A stretch of DNA of 64,000 nt from a virus (taxonomy: Duplodnaviria; Caudoviricetes), in the IMG/VR virus record IMGVR_UViG_2522572099_000001, positions 1 to 64,000 of that record. The stretch is one strand, 5' to 3'. Both the position numbers and the translations under genes were made by a program. Below, in pieces: positions 1-9,602 of the stretch. The notes under the pieces are model-generated. The model worked only from the letters and a program-made list of their open reading frames with translations, was not told the DNA's origin and ran no database searches. Each line of letters begins with the position of its first letter. Within the stretch, counting starts at the first letter, position 1.

Positions 1-42
<42 letters not shown>

Positions 43-155
43 TGCATCAAATCTGGCACCAGCCTTTTTCATCACAAAATCAGCCACTTAACGTTCCTTA
101 CGCTTTCGACTGGTGTAAGGTCTCGCAACCGTTTTGGTTGCTTTGTCACCAGCCT

Positions 156-599
156 TCAGGCGACGGTCACCAGGTCCAGGAGGATCTTGCCATCTCGCTC
201 AGCCTGCTCGAATGCGGTGGCGGTATTCGCTCTGACCTCCGGTGGAAGGTCTAGCTGGCCGCCGGTGAATGACGCAAAGTGCTTGTAGATGGCTGCCAGC
301 TTCTGGCACATTTCCATGGCTCCTGCTGCGCTGGCAAACACCCTTGCGCCGAACGTCAAGCGTCCGCCGTTGACGTGCGTGGTCATCGCCCAGCCGTTGT
401 CAAAGCCGTATTCGTCGATCATGCGGTGCACGGCCCATTCTTCGAAGACAAGCGCAGGCACCCGTCGCCGGTCTGCGGTATTTAGCACCACCTCCTGCGC
501 CTCCCAAGGCGGAGATGGCTCAGGCATCACATGGTCAGGATCTGGCCAGTTGATGCCGTCTGGACGGCGATACATGGCAATACCTACGGTCGTCATCAT
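156..599 (-). CDS. Hypothetical protein downstream of integrase
   Basis: 147-aa ORF coupled to the int stop codon. Confidence 0.6.
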   Translation of the reverse strand: MMTTVGIAMYRRPDGINWPDPDHVMPEPSPPWEAQEVVLNTADRRRVPALVFEEWAVHRMIDEYGFDNGWAMTTHVNGGRLTFGARVFASAAGAMEMCQKLAAIYKHFASFTGGQLDLPPEVRANTATAFEQAERDGKILLDLVTVA

Positions 600-1681
600 C
601 TTCCTCCGTTCGCGGCCTTCTTCGGCCGCTTTTTCCCGAATACCTTATCGATCACGCCCTTGCCCGTCTCGCCGTGCGTGTAGTGATCCATCAAGACGCG
701 CTTGTCCTTCCATCCGCCCTTCTTGGCGGTGGTTGCGACATCGATGCGGTTCTTCACGATCATCTCCGTTGCGAAACTGTGCCGGCCTGGTTGGTGGGTG
801 CCCAGGTACGGGATGCCGGCGCTGGCGCAGATCGCCTTGATCGCCTTGTAGACCGCCCAGCGCTGCCGAAAGCCGAAGACCCGCGTGTTCGGGTAGCGGC
901 CGAGCCGCGCGCCCTTGCCGTAATCGTCAGCCTTGGCCCGGGCCTCCTTCCACTCGGCGAGTTGCTGGAACTCGTAGACCATCTCGATCGTGAGGTCGGC
1001 TTCCCGATCCTCGCCGTTCTTGGTGTCGCGGAACGTCACCTTGCGGTTGACCAGGTCGAGATCGCCCGTCGCCTCGTCGAGTTCGATCGCCTCGCTGACG
1101 CGGGCGCCTGTCTGGAACAGGAACAGCGACAGCGCGCGCAGTCGCTGGTCGTCGGTGTGGGCGCGAAAGGTGTCGACATAGGAGCGATCGACGGCGCGCT
1201 TCGGCGCGGCCGTGGGCTTCCTGACGTCGCGGTCCTTCTTCGTGAACCCCTTGATCTTGACCGCATGGCAGTCGCCGGCGTCAGCGCTATGGTTGATCAC
1301 CGCCTTCATCGGCGTCACCACCTGTCGGTTCCATGTCGTATAGACCGCGCCGGGATAGAGCGCCTTGGCGGCTTCGCGCGTCTTGCTGCCGGTCAGGTCA
1401 GAGATCCTGGTGGCCTTGAAGAAATCGAGCAGCGGCAGGATGAACCGGTCATCCTTGCCGGCGTCGAGATATGCGTCGACCGCCTGGGTGAAGGTGAAGC
1501 GATCCTTCGGCGAGAGGTTGAACTCGTCCTTGGCGGCGTTTTCGCGGCTCAGCCGGACCGCGTCTGCCGCGGTTTCGTCAGTCTCGCCCGAACTCTCGTG
1601 AACTCTTTGCTCGCCATCTTTGGTCTTGATGGTGCCGGTGAGCCACCAGAATCGGCCTCGCTTGTAGATGGTGAGCGCCAT
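596..1681 (-). CDS. int: Tyrosine recombinase / phage integrase
   Basis: TGAR, TKNG, HQPGRHSFAT, GGW and HY catalytic motifs. Confidence 0.95.
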   Translation of the reverse strand: MALTIYKRGRFWWLTGTIKTKDGEQRVHESSGETDETAADAVRLSRENAAKDEFNLSPKDRFTFTQAVDAYLDAGKDDRFILPLLDFFKATRISDLTGSKTREAAKALYPGAVYTTWNRQVVTPMKAVINHSADAGDCHAVKIKGFTKKDRDVRKPTAAPKRAVDRSYVDTFRAHTDDQRLRALSLFLFQTGARVSEAIELDEATGDLDLVNRKVTFRDTKNGEDREADLTIEMVYEFQQLAEWKEARAKADDYGKGARLGRYPNTRVFGFRQRWAVYKAIKAICASAGIPYLGTHQPGRHSFATEMIVKNRIDVATTAKKGGWKDKRVLMDHYTHGETGKGVIDKVFGKKRPKKAANGGR

Positions 1682-1884
1682 GACGACCTACTCCACAGAA
1701 ACAACTCGTCGATCTGCCTGGGCGAGATCAGCACCTGCTTGTCGACATGGTAGCAGAGGCCGGCCTTGATCGCCTTCTCGCGCAACGACCTGGCGGACAT
1801 GCGCAACCCTTTGTCGCGGAAACGCTCTGACCAATAGTCCGGCGATTGGGCAACCGACAGTAGTTCGGGCGGCTGGTCGTTCAC
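1549..1884 (-). CDS. Probable excisionase overlapping the int 5' end
   Basis: Small basic wHTH-like protein directly upstream of and overlapping int. Confidence 0.6.
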   Translation of the reverse strand: MNDQPPELLSVAQSPDYWSERFRDKGLRMSARSLREKAIKAGLCYHVDKQVLISPRQIDELFLWSRSSWRSPSTSEADSGGSPAPSRPKMASKEFTRVRARLTKPRQTRSG

Positions 1885-2792
1885 GACGCCTCCGAGAATA
1901 AGGGTGTGCCGTGACCGCCGGCGTGCCGTCCGGCAGCATCATCGAGCGCATTCGCGCAGGCATGGTTGAGCCACATGACCTCAACACGCTCGCGAGCGCC
2001 ATCGGCGTAGGCCTTGCACTCGACGCGACGCCAGCCCACCCCTAGCATCGTCTCGTAGAGAGGATCGGGATATCCCGACAACATCACCATGCCTTCTAGT
2101 TCGCAAAGGAAAATCAGCAGCTCGGCGTGATCCTCGCGCGAGAGTTCGTGGCGATACATGCGCCAGGCCAGGTCGTAGCGGTTTCCTCGAGCTCGGGTTT
2201 CAGGCAGATAAGGCGGGTCGACATAGTGGAGCGTTTCAAGCCCATCGTGCTGCGCCATGACCTCGCGCGCAGGCCTGCATTCGATCACGACTGCTTTCAG
2301 CCGCTCGATCAGAGCCGGCAGGGCGTTGGGATATCCGGCCCAATCCATCGCCGGCGTGGTGCCAGACCTGTTCGACGTTGCTCGGAAGCCGGTTGACCGA
2401 TGGCCCTTCTGCTCGCTGGCGTGAGCATTGGAGCCGAAGCCCATGAACGATCGGATCACGAGGCGCCGGCCGCGCTCGATTGGATCCTCGCTCTGCTCAT
2501 ACGAGTCCCTAAACTCGGTCCTGGCAAATGGCGTTAGGCGCAGCGCATCGAGCAGTTGCAGAGATAGCACCGGGTCGCGGAGCACCCGAAACAAGCTGAC
2601 CACCTCGTCATCAAGATCGTTGTAGACCTCGGCGTAGGAACGCGGCTTTCGGATAAGGATGCTGGCCGCGCCGCCGAAAGGTTCGACGTAGACGCGATGC
2701 TCCGGCATGTGCTGCAGTATCCATGGCGCAAGCTTCCACTTGCCTCCATGCCAGCGGAGGACCGGTCGCCGAATGTCGCGGCTGACCTTCAT
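1881..2792 (-). CDS. D12-class DNA adenine methyltransferase
   Basis: WHGGK, YVEPFGG, YNDLD and YVDPPY motifs. Confidence 0.93.
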   Translation of the reverse strand: MKVSRDIRRPVLRWHGGKWKLAPWILQHMPEHRVYVEPFGGAASILIRKPRSYAEVYNDLDDEVVSLFRVLRDPVLSLQLLDALRLTPFARTEFRDSYEQSEDPIERGRRLVIRSFMGFGSNAHASEQKGHRSTGFRATSNRSGTTPAMDWAGYPNALPALIERLKAVVIECRPAREVMAQHDGLETLHYVDPPYLPETRARGNRYDLAWRMYRHELSREDHAELLIFLCELEGMVMLSGYPDPLYETMLGVGWRRVECKAYADGARERVEVMWLNHACANALDDAAGRHAGGHGTPLFSEAS

Positions 2793-2974
2793 CGGTCGTC
2801 CCTGCAATCCGCGCAATGGTGCAGCCAGTCCCGACCGCGCTTGAAGATGCGCCAGCCTTCATCCTTGGCGTGCTGGATCATGACGTCGAAGTCATCCTTG
2901 TCGAATACGCGGCCGGCGCTGTCGCCGCACTCGTCGCAGCAGAGCTCGATCTTGTCGTCGAGGCGCTCGATCAT
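2789..2974 (-). CDS. Small Zn-ribbon protein
   Basis: CDEC and HCADC motifs; coupled to neighbours. Confidence 0.65.
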   Translation of the reverse strand: MIERLDDKIELCCDECGDSAGRVFDKDDFDVMIQHAKDEGWRIFKRGRDWLHHCADCRDDR

Positions 2975-3624
2975 GCGGGCACCGTGACAATGAAGGTCTC
3001 GACTGGCGGCCCGGGCTTGTCATTGTCGAAGACGGCAACCGCCAGCTTTCCGGAGTAGAACGCTCCGGTGTCGATGTTTATCCGGCCGGCCAGGACGATA
3101 GGTCCGTCATCGAAAGGCGTGTGGCCGTGGACGACATAGCCGAGGCGACATGTGTAGTCCCTCAGCTTTCCGGCTCGGGACCAAAGCATCGTCTTCTCAG
3201 TCTGCTCATCGAACGGGACCGTCTCATCGATGCCGGCGTGCACAAAAACGCGATGCCCATCGACGAAGCAGAGTTTCAATGCAGCCATCCATGCGAGGTG
3301 GCTCTCCGGCGCTTCGCACTCAGGATAGGACGCCAGTGTATGACTTCCGCCGTTCCCGATCCACCAGCCCATCTCGTATTCGCCACGAAGGGCGCCAACC
3401 ATCATGTCTTCGTGGTTGCCTTTGAGGCAGACCCACTCCCAACCGGGCTTAGTCGGCCCCGCCATGAGCCGTTCGATGATCTCCCTGCTTTGCGGACCAC
3501 GGTCCACATAGTCGCCTGTGAAAACGACGCGACCGCCTGACGGGCTGGCCTCGATGCGTTGCAGCGCGGCATCGAGCAGATCGTACCGGCCATGCAGATC
3601 GCCGATGGCGTATGTGCGCCTCAT
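2971..3624 (-). CDS. Metallophosphoesterase (NinI/PphA-like Ser/Thr phosphatase)
   Basis: GDLHG, GDYVDRG, GNHE, HGHT and IDTG motifs. Confidence 0.93.
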   Translation of the reverse strand: MRRTYAIGDLHGRYDLLDAALQRIEASPSGGRVVFTGDYVDRGPQSREIIERLMAGPTKPGWEWVCLKGNHEDMMVGALRGEYEMGWWIGNGGSHTLASYPECEAPESHLAWMAALKLCFVDGHRVFVHAGIDETVPFDEQTEKTMLWSRAGKLRDYTCRLGYVVHGHTPFDDGPIVLAGRINIDTGAFYSGKLAVAVFDNDKPGPPVETFIVTVPA

Positions 3625-3872
3625 GCTGCCATCTCCAGGATTTCGAAATCCTCATCATCCGGTGCCCGCTCGTGGGCATCGATGCGCGCAAGCTCGTCCC
3701 ATTCCTCGCAGAGCCATTCGTACCGGCTCTCGTCGCCGTCGAAAAATGGTGTCAGCTCGTAGTTCCGGTGCATGCGCGAAACCTCGCTCTCGTCCGGCTC
3801 CAGCCATGAGGGCATGTGCCAATCGTCGGGGGTGGTTTTCCAGTGGTCGTAGGAGGCGCCGGGGAAGTTCAT
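3621..3872 (-). CDS. Hypothetical acidic phage protein
   Basis: MNFPGASYDHWKTTP start; coupled overlaps. Confidence 0.6.
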   Translation of the reverse strand: MNFPGASYDHWKTTPDDWHMPSWLEPDESEVSRMHRNYELTPFFDGDESRYEWLCEEWDELARIDAHERAPDDEDFEILEMAA

Positions 3873-4294
3873 TAGTTGACCTCGGCCTTCTCGGGCACGT
3901 TCTGGTGCTCGACGCCGTTCGTCACCCATTTCGCCTTGATCACAGCACCGTCGCGCAGCTTGCCGGCGAGCGCGCCAGGTAGGCCATCCTGCACGATGGC
4001 GACCCAGTGCGACTGGCGTTCGATCGGGATCACGCTCAACGCGTAGGCTGCGAGGCGGCTCGCCAACTCGGCGCAGAACCATTCGTCGTAAGGCGCGCAC
4101 TCGTTGAACACGATCTCCATGCAGGTGCGGAGCGTGTTCTGCGCAGCGATGATCTCGGGCATGTTCTGGTGCGCCAGCGGCGTGCCACTTGCCTTCACCT
4201 TCTCGACCAGCAGCCGGTCGGTGTTCTCCTTCGTCCTCTTGTAGAGGCGCCGAACGGCGTTGATGTCCTGGTTCGTGACGGTCGGCATGATCAT
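3872..4294 (-). CDS. Hypothetical protein
   Basis: In-operon ORF with an RBS. Confidence 0.6.
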   Translation of the reverse strand: MIMPTVTNQDINAVRRLYKRTKENTDRLLVEKVKASGTPLAHQNMPEIIAAQNTLRTCMEIVFNECAPYDEWFCAELASRLAAYALSVIPIERQSHWVAIVQDGLPGALAGKLRDGAVIKAKWVTNGVEHQNVPEKAEVN

Positions 4295-4345
4295 TTCCCC
4301 CTAGGGTGGCAGTCGCTGGCATCGCGGCCAGCGACTGCCAAAATG

Positions 4346-4783
4346 CTACTGGAAAGCGCGCCGGGCGCCGTTGGTGGCGCCCGGCGCCTTGGCGTGATGG
4401 CCGAGACCTGAGGACTTGGCCAGAGCCGAGCGCTTCTGAGAATAATTCGGCGCCACCATCGGATAGTCGGGAGCAAGGCCCCATTTCGCGCGATACTGAT
4501 CCGCCGTCATGCCTAGTGCCGAGAGGTGCCGCTTCAACGACTTGAACTTCTTCCCGTCGTCGAGGCAGATGATGTGATCTGGGAAGATCGACTTCTTCGG
4601 ATTGACGGCCGGCACCAGCTCCACGGCTGGCTTGACGACGACGAGGGTGTCGAGCCTTCGCACCGACGCGTTGATGCTGGCGATCAGGTAGGGCAGCTCT
4701 CCGGCCGGCACCGGGTTGTGCCCGACATAGGCCGCCACGATGCTGGCGGTCAGTTCGATGAAGCGCATGTTCCGATCTTCCAT
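4346..4783 (-). CDS. mucR: Ros/MucR family transcriptional regulator
   Basis: IELTASIVAAYV, ICLDDGKKFKSLKRHL and YRAKWGLAPDYPMVAPNYS motifs. Confidence 0.95.
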   Translation of the reverse strand: MEDRNMRFIELTASIVAAYVGHNPVPAGELPYLIASINASVRRLDTLVVVKPAVELVPAVNPKKSIFPDHIICLDDGKKFKSLKRHLSALGMTADQYRAKWGLAPDYPMVAPNYSQKRSALAKSSGLGHHAKAPGATNGARRAFQ

Positions 4784-4812
4784 ATTTTCTCTCCGTGGTA
4801 AGGGTTTGGAAT

Positions 4813-5466
4813 TCATGCCGCCGGCAGCAGCGAGACGAATGCCTCTCGCCGACGTGCAAGCTCCTTCTCGCCGGCGGGACCATCCCGCTTGGCAAGTTCT
4901 TCGAGGTGGCAGATGCCTGTCTCGACAGAATGTTCGACCTCGGCGCGCGACGCGCCTCTGCCGCTGGCGAACCAGAGAACTTCGACCGGATTGCCGATGC
5001 GGAAAAGTATCCCTGGCTGCCCGGCATGCGGCCGGAAGCGCGTGTAGGACTTCGTCACCCAAACGCCTACGGCGCCGGGGTTGCGCTTGATGCCGAAGCC
5101 CGCCGCGTCGCTGCGTTCATCCGGTAAGTCGCGCGCGTTTCGCTTCGCCAGCGGATTAGCCATGAAGGGACAGTTCTTGGCCGCGAAGATGGCGCAGTCG
5201 CGATGCGATGGCGGGTCGGAGATCGTCCTATTGATCCCGCACATCGGGCCAATGACAAACGCCATGTAGGCTCCCATGTGCTGCCCGCAGATCCAGCAGA
5301 GTTTGCAACGGACGGCCTCTGCCATCTTCTCGGATGTGATCACGCGGAAATCGGGCTTGCCGTCGATCCACGTCGCAAAGAAGGGGACCGGATAGCCCTT
5401 GTCGCTGACGGGCAATGATTTCATCCGATCCGGCACCGCTTCAAAAACGCGATTGATGGCGTTCAT
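4813..5466 (-). CDS. Conserved hypothetical protein with Cys/His motifs
   Basis: CWICG and HRDC..CPF motifs; first gene after the operator at 5511. Confidence 0.7.
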   Translation of the reverse strand: MNAINRVFEAVPDRMKSLPVSDKGYPVPFFATWIDGKPDFRVITSEKMAEAVRCKLCWICGQHMGAYMAFVIGPMCGINRTISDPPSHRDCAIFAAKNCPFMANPLAKRNARDLPDERSDAAGFGIKRNPGAVGVWVTKSYTRFRPHAGQPGILFRIGNPVEVLWFASGRGASRAEVEHSVETGICHLEELAKRDGPAGEKELARRREAFVSLLPAA

Positions 5467-5510
5467 CGCTCGTCTCCCTGGTTCTGCTCGTGTGCAGTCG
5501 ACAAAACATC

Positions 5511-5527
5511 GTAACCATTTTGGTTAC
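5511..5527. promoter_or_regulatory. Palindromic operator GTAACCATTTTGGTTAC
   Basis: Perfect copy of the genome-wide palindrome, in an intergenic gap. Confidence 0.85.
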
Positions 5528-5590
5528 ACCGTAGTCAAGCGGAAATCGTTCCTGGCGCTGTATTTTCGGTGGAAGTATTCCGGGTGCGCG

Positions 5591-5848
5591 TCACCACAGA
5601 TCCTCCGAATAGAGGTCAGGCGCGGCGATAAGCTTCTCGACCTGGCCGGCGGCAAGAGCCAGCACGGCAGCATCGCGGCGGTTCACATAGCGCCCTGCAC
5701 TGGTCAGGAAGCCTTGGCGGTCGCCGCGCACGATGAGCGGGTTGAAGTCGAGGAGCTTGCGCAGCACATCGCCATGCCTTGCCGGTGCCGGAAGGCTTGC
5801 AATGATGCCGAAAGACGAGATTGCAACCGAAATGATGCGCTCTGTCAC
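5591..5848 (-). CDS. Conserved small phage protein
   Basis: RH..QGFLTSAGRYVNR..LYSEDLW motif. Confidence 0.75.
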   Translation of the reverse strand: MTERIISVAISSFGIIASLPAPARHGDVLRKLLDFNPLIVRGDRQGFLTSAGRYVNRRDAAVLALAAGQVEKLIAAPDLYSEDLW

Positions 5849-6222
5849 TTGGTCTCCCCCTCATGTGTAGAGGTGGAGACGGGCTCACAGACTGGCGTGT
5901 TGGCGTACTTCAGCAGCACATCGGCATGGCAAAACTGCCCGAGACGGCACCAGCACGCCAAGTTCTTGCCGCGCAACGGTGACAGATCGGGAAGCTTGCC
6001 CGCGCGAGCGTCGGCGGCGAATTCCTCTGCCGCCTGCTCTTGCGCCCATCTCTTGCGTTCATCGGCGTACCAAAGAATGCTTTTAAGACTGTTAGACGCG
6101 TCCAGCCAATCTCGCCAATAGTGCGGATTGCCGTACTTCGTGGTGCGATCGACCTTCACAGTGTTCTCTGGCATGCGCCAGCCGGCCTTGCGCGAAAGCT
6201 GAACTCGAATAGGGGCGCTCAC
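5845..6222 (-). CDS. DUF4326 family protein
   Basis: VDRTTKYGNP and LRGKNLACWC..CHADVLL motifs. Confidence 0.88.
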   Translation of the reverse strand: MSAPIRVQLSRKAGWRMPENTVKVDRTTKYGNPHYWRDWLDASNSLKSILWYADERKRWAQEQAAEEFAADARAGKLPDLSPLRGKNLACWCRLGQFCHADVLLKYANTPVCEPVSTSTHEGETK

Positions 6223-6716
6223 GCCCGTTCCTCCACATCCTGAGAGATTGAGCGGGAGGCGGCGCGAAGATCGCCCATCGTGACGCGCACAGGCTTGGAT
6301 GGGTGCTGGTCGTGACCGAAAGCCATCCGACCGTCGGTCATCACCACTTGCTCATCTGGCATGACCAAGCTGGCAATCTCTGCGTCAGTCAGGTCAGCGC
6401 TTTCCTCTGGTTGAAGCCGGCGCTGGCCTTCCGCCGCAAGCCGATCGGATGCTCGCGCCAAGACAGCGAAAGGCTCCAGCGCTTTCTTTACGCGCGCCAG
6501 TTCGGATTCGGCGGCGGCTAGGCGATCTTTCTCTTCCCGGGCAACAGCCACATAGCGCTCGACATTCTCAAGCGCCTCCGCCAGTTCCGCCCTTATCTCC
6601 GATAGGGCTGTATCCTTGGAGGCGAGGGAGTCGGCGGAGATGACCTCGTAGCCTTCGAACACCAATTGCATGTAGGCATCATCACCAATAATCTGGCGTG
6701 GCGTGCGGTCGGCCAT
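6219..6716 (-). CDS. Hypothetical coiled-coil protein
   Basis: Coupled ORF in the early operon. Confidence 0.6.
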   Translation of the reverse strand: MADRTPRQIIGDDAYMQLVFEGYEVISADSLASKDTALSEIRAELAEALENVERYVAVAREEKDRLAAAESELARVKKALEPFAVLARASDRLAAEGQRRLQPEESADLTDAEIASLVMPDEQVVMTDGRMAFGHDQHPSKPVRVTMGDLRAASRSISQDVEERA

Positions 6717-7106
6717 TTATCTGGCCTCGTTAGAAGCTGAGTTGATCTGGTCAAGCCACAGAGAAAGCGAGTGGTGCCACTGATCGACTGGCTCATGTCC
6801 ACATGACATCGGTTCGGGGTGACCGGCCATGTCGTCGCCACAACAACAAACGCCGCTGTTAACTGGCGCCGATTTCACAAACTCGATGAAATCGCGCGGC
6901 ACCAGCACCATGCCAGGTACTCCATCCCCTGATGGTGCGGTGGAGAGGGCTGCTTCAAGGGCGGCTCGCATGTGACGCCTGATGCTGGCGAGGTCCGAAT
7001 CTGCGAAGTGCTGCGGCCAATGGTCGGGCCAATAGCCACGACAGGCCCGCTCGACCATCGCTTCGCTGACTTCCGTAGTGGTGGCTGTGGGTTGGGTGGG
7101 GGTCAT
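6717..7106 (-). CDS. Hypothetical protein
   Basis: Coupled ORF; EAMVERA..MRAALEAAL phage motif. Confidence 0.6.
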   Translation of the reverse strand: MTPTQPTATTTEVSEAMVERACRGYWPDHWPQHFADSDLASIRRHMRAALEAALSTAPSGDGVPGMVLVPRDFIEFVKSAPVNSGVCCCGDDMAGHPEPMSCGHEPVDQWHHSLSLWLDQINSASNEAR

Positions 7107-7453
7107 GCTGCACCGCCTTTTGCCCACGAGGGGCAGTCACAGGAGATATGCAGCATCGCTGTCTTCTCACGGTATTCGAGCAGGAAATTGAACATGGTGA
7201 GGAAGTTAGGACAGTTGGGGCGCAGCCAAGCGCCGCTTGGGCCGAAGGCCAGATCGACAACCCGCTGCTCTCGCGGCAAGCCCGCCAGTCCGCGCTGCAT
7301 GGCGGCAATTTCTTCGGCCGACACGTAAAGCCGCCCTCTGGCGTCGATCTCCTCGAACCAAGCCTTCTCGCGCTCAACTTGCTCCGGCGTCTGCCTGACG
7401 TTCTTGCTGGTGACGACGGGGAATGGTGCGGAGCGGGTCATTTTGTCCTCCAA
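7103..7453 (-). CDS. Hypothetical protein divergent from the RHH gene
   Basis: ORF coupled to the downstream gene; start probably near 7441. Confidence 0.55.
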   Translation of the reverse strand: MEDKMTRSAPFPVVTSKNVRQTPEQVEREKAWFEEIDARGRLYVSAEEIAAMQRGLAGLPREQRVVDLAFGPSGAWLRPNCPNFLTMFNFLLEYREKTAMLHISCDCPSWAKGGAA

Positions 7454-7561
7454 TGTAGTTTCAGAGGTTGAACATATAGCCGATATCGGATAAGGTCAAT
7501 AAGTGATATCGCTTTGGAGGCCGAATTGACAGAATTACCGATAGCGCATATTCCGGCACGC

Positions 7562-7729
7562 ATGGGACGCCCATCAATGAACGTGAAGCCGATTCTCGTG
7601 CGCCTGCCGGAAGGCACCGCAGAGAAGATCGATGAGATTGCGGGCAAGAACCGCCGCGCCGAATTTATCCGCGAGGCCATCGAGCGCGAGATCAAGCGCC
7701 GCTCCCGGCAATCGAAGGAAAGCGAATAG
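7562..7729 (+). CDS. Ribbon-helix-helix (CopG/Arc-like) regulator
   Basis: MGRPS..ILVRLPEG..IDEIAG..RAEFIREAIEREI pattern. Confidence 0.8.
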   Translation: MGRPSMNVKPILVRLPEGTAEKIDEIAGKNRRAEFIREAIEREIKRRSRQSKESE

Positions 7730-7730
7730 C

Positions 7731-8291
7731 TCATGGCTTCACCACCCCGTCCGTATCTTGGGCGGAAAGGGCGGCACGAAGGGCCTTGATCTCGTCGGCA
7801 GCTTTCAGAACCACGTCTTTGTCGAGGTGGTCCCAAAGATTGCCGGCGGAATAATTCGCCCCCATGGCGCGCAGCAGATATTCCTGCGTCTCGCGCTTCG
7901 GCGGCTCAGTCCCCCCACCCTTGGTGGCCGGGATGATAGAAGAGAGGATGCGAGCGTTGAAATCAGATTGGGCGACGGACTTGGCGGCTTCTAGACCACC
8001 GTGGACTTCGCGGCCCGACAGCGAGCCCCAAGACCAATAGCCGTACCCGGCCAGTTCCCAAGCCCAATACTCCATGGGAACCACATGCGCTATGTGGATC
8101 GTGCCATCCGCATTGCGGGCCGTCCATTGCAAGTCCTTCACGCTCACCGCTACCGGTGCGACAGCTGGGGGAGCGATAGGAGCGGGAGCGATAGGCTCGT
8201 CGCGGTAGCGATCGCTGTACTGTGGTGGCGGGTCGCAGTTGCGCATATCGCCACAGCATGGGTTGAGCTTGCAAGTGAACGAACTGCCCAT
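7731..8291 (-). CDS. Hypothetical protein
   Basis: Coupled ORF. Confidence 0.6.
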   Translation of the reverse strand: MGSSFTCKLNPCCGDMRNCDPPPQYSDRYRDEPIAPAPIAPPAVAPVAVSVKDLQWTARNADGTIHIAHVVPMEYWAWELAGYGYWSWGSLSGREVHGGLEAAKSVAQSDFNARILSSIIPATKGGGTEPPKRETQEYLLRAMGANYSAGNLWDHLDKDVVLKAADEIKALRAALSAQDTDGVVKP

Positions 8292-8872
8292 CAGATTATC
8301 CTTTCGCCGCGCTGGTGAAGCATCATCGCGAGATTTCCGGCATCGAGCGGGTCGCCCTTATCGACATGCGCGCGCAGAAGGTCGGACAGGATTAGGGCGC
8401 TGCAATCAGGTCCATCCCATCCGCCGCGCCCTTCCTCTCGTTTCTTGGCGAGCTTGGCCTTCATGGCGGCAGCGAACCGATCAACAGCGGCGTCGTCTGA
8501 ATGATGCGCTACCGGCGCAACAGGAGCGGGGGAAGCGAGGGCGGCAAACACCTCGTCGGCTATGCGCCATGCCTCATTGAAACCGTGGATGCTGTCGTCG
8601 TGTTCCGGCTTCATCCCGCAGAGTGTCTCGTTAAGACGGTAATCTATGCGGCGCTTCAATCGCGCTACCGGCTCCTCGCTCGGTGCCGCTGCTTCCTGAC
8701 TGGCTAAGAGAGCGGCGAGGCGGTCTGCAATTCGGCGACATGCTTCCGCGTTGTATGTGTTTGCCCAGAACGCGCGGTCCTCGCCCATCGCGTCGGCATG
8801 TTCGAAAAACCCCGCAGCTTCGCGCAAAAATGCAATATCTTTGAGCACATGGCTTTCTGGATGGGGGGTCAT
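8291..8872 (-). CDS. Hypothetical phage protein
   Basis: DRFAAAMKAKLAKKREEGRGGW..KGDPLDAGNLAMML phage motif. Confidence 0.7.
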   Translation of the reverse strand: MTPHPESHVLKDIAFLREAAGFFEHADAMGEDRAFWANTYNAEACRRIADRLAALLASQEAAAPSEEPVARLKRRIDYRLNETLCGMKPEHDDSIHGFNEAWRIADEVFAALASPAPVAPVAHHSDDAAVDRFAAAMKAKLAKKREEGRGGWDGPDCSALILSDLLRAHVDKGDPLDAGNLAMMLHQRGERII

Positions 8873-9081
8873 GGCCGTGCCTCCGGACCTGTCCTGAGCC
8901 GCAGGTAGCCGAATCCTGGCCCCGATAGGATCTTGTGCCCGCGCGCTCGGAGCTGCCGCACATAGCGATACACGGTCCTGGTGCAGATGCCGACGCGCTC
9001 GGCCAGCATTTCGGCGGTGACGATCTCCTCGCCAATGGCGTTGAGAAGCTGGTCGCGCTTGAAGTCTTGAAGGCCACTCAT
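8869..9081 (-). CDS. HTH_11-type DNA-binding protein
   Basis: TAEMLAERVGICTRTVYRYVRQLR..GFGY. Confidence 0.8.
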   Translation of the reverse strand: MSGLQDFKRDQLLNAIGEEIVTAEMLAERVGICTRTVYRYVRQLRARGHKILSGPGFGYLRLRTGPEARP

Positions 9082-9602
9082 AGCAGCGATCCTTGTTCGT
9101 CGGTGATTGGATGTGGAACTTTCGCCGCTTTGGCCGTGGCGGACTTAGGCGCCTGCGGGAGCATCCATTTAGCGGGGAGGATGGGCTTGCCGTTCTTCGC
9201 GAAGGGCAGAAGGCGCTTCCAATCGAAAAACCCGAGCTGGCCGCCGACCTGGATGAACTCGACCGGCCGCGCGTTGGCGATGATCAGCCCCTTCGGGCCG
9301 AAGAACCAGGGACTGTCGAACTCGGTCACGATGTCGACGATTGTGCCCACACCAACGATGCCGCCGCGGTGTAGTTCGGCCGGCGGCGGGCACGCGAACC
9401 CGAGGGACCGGCACAGATCAGCGCAATCCTCATACTCGTCGCGCGTCATGCCGCTCGATGCGTGGATGGCAAAGTTACCTCGGAATCTGAGGCCAGGATT
9501 GCCAGCTCGCCACGACCGATTTTCCACCGGCTTCCACTGGTGCGCCAGCGCAAAAGCCCATGGCTGCCTGACACTCAAGGCCATGTTCGGCAAATCGCTC
9601 AT
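9078..9602 (-). CDS. ASCH domain protein
   Basis: ALSVRQPWA..KPVENRSW..AIHAS motifs. Confidence 0.88.
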   Translation of the reverse strand: MSDLPNMALSVRQPWAFALAHQWKPVENRSWRAGNPGLRFRGNFAIHASSGMTRDEYEDCADLCRSLGFACPPPAELHRGGIVGVGTIVDIVTEFDSPWFFGPKGLIIANARPVEFIQVGGQLGFFDWKRLLPFAKNGKPILPAKWMLPQAPKSATAKAAKVPHPITDEQGSLL

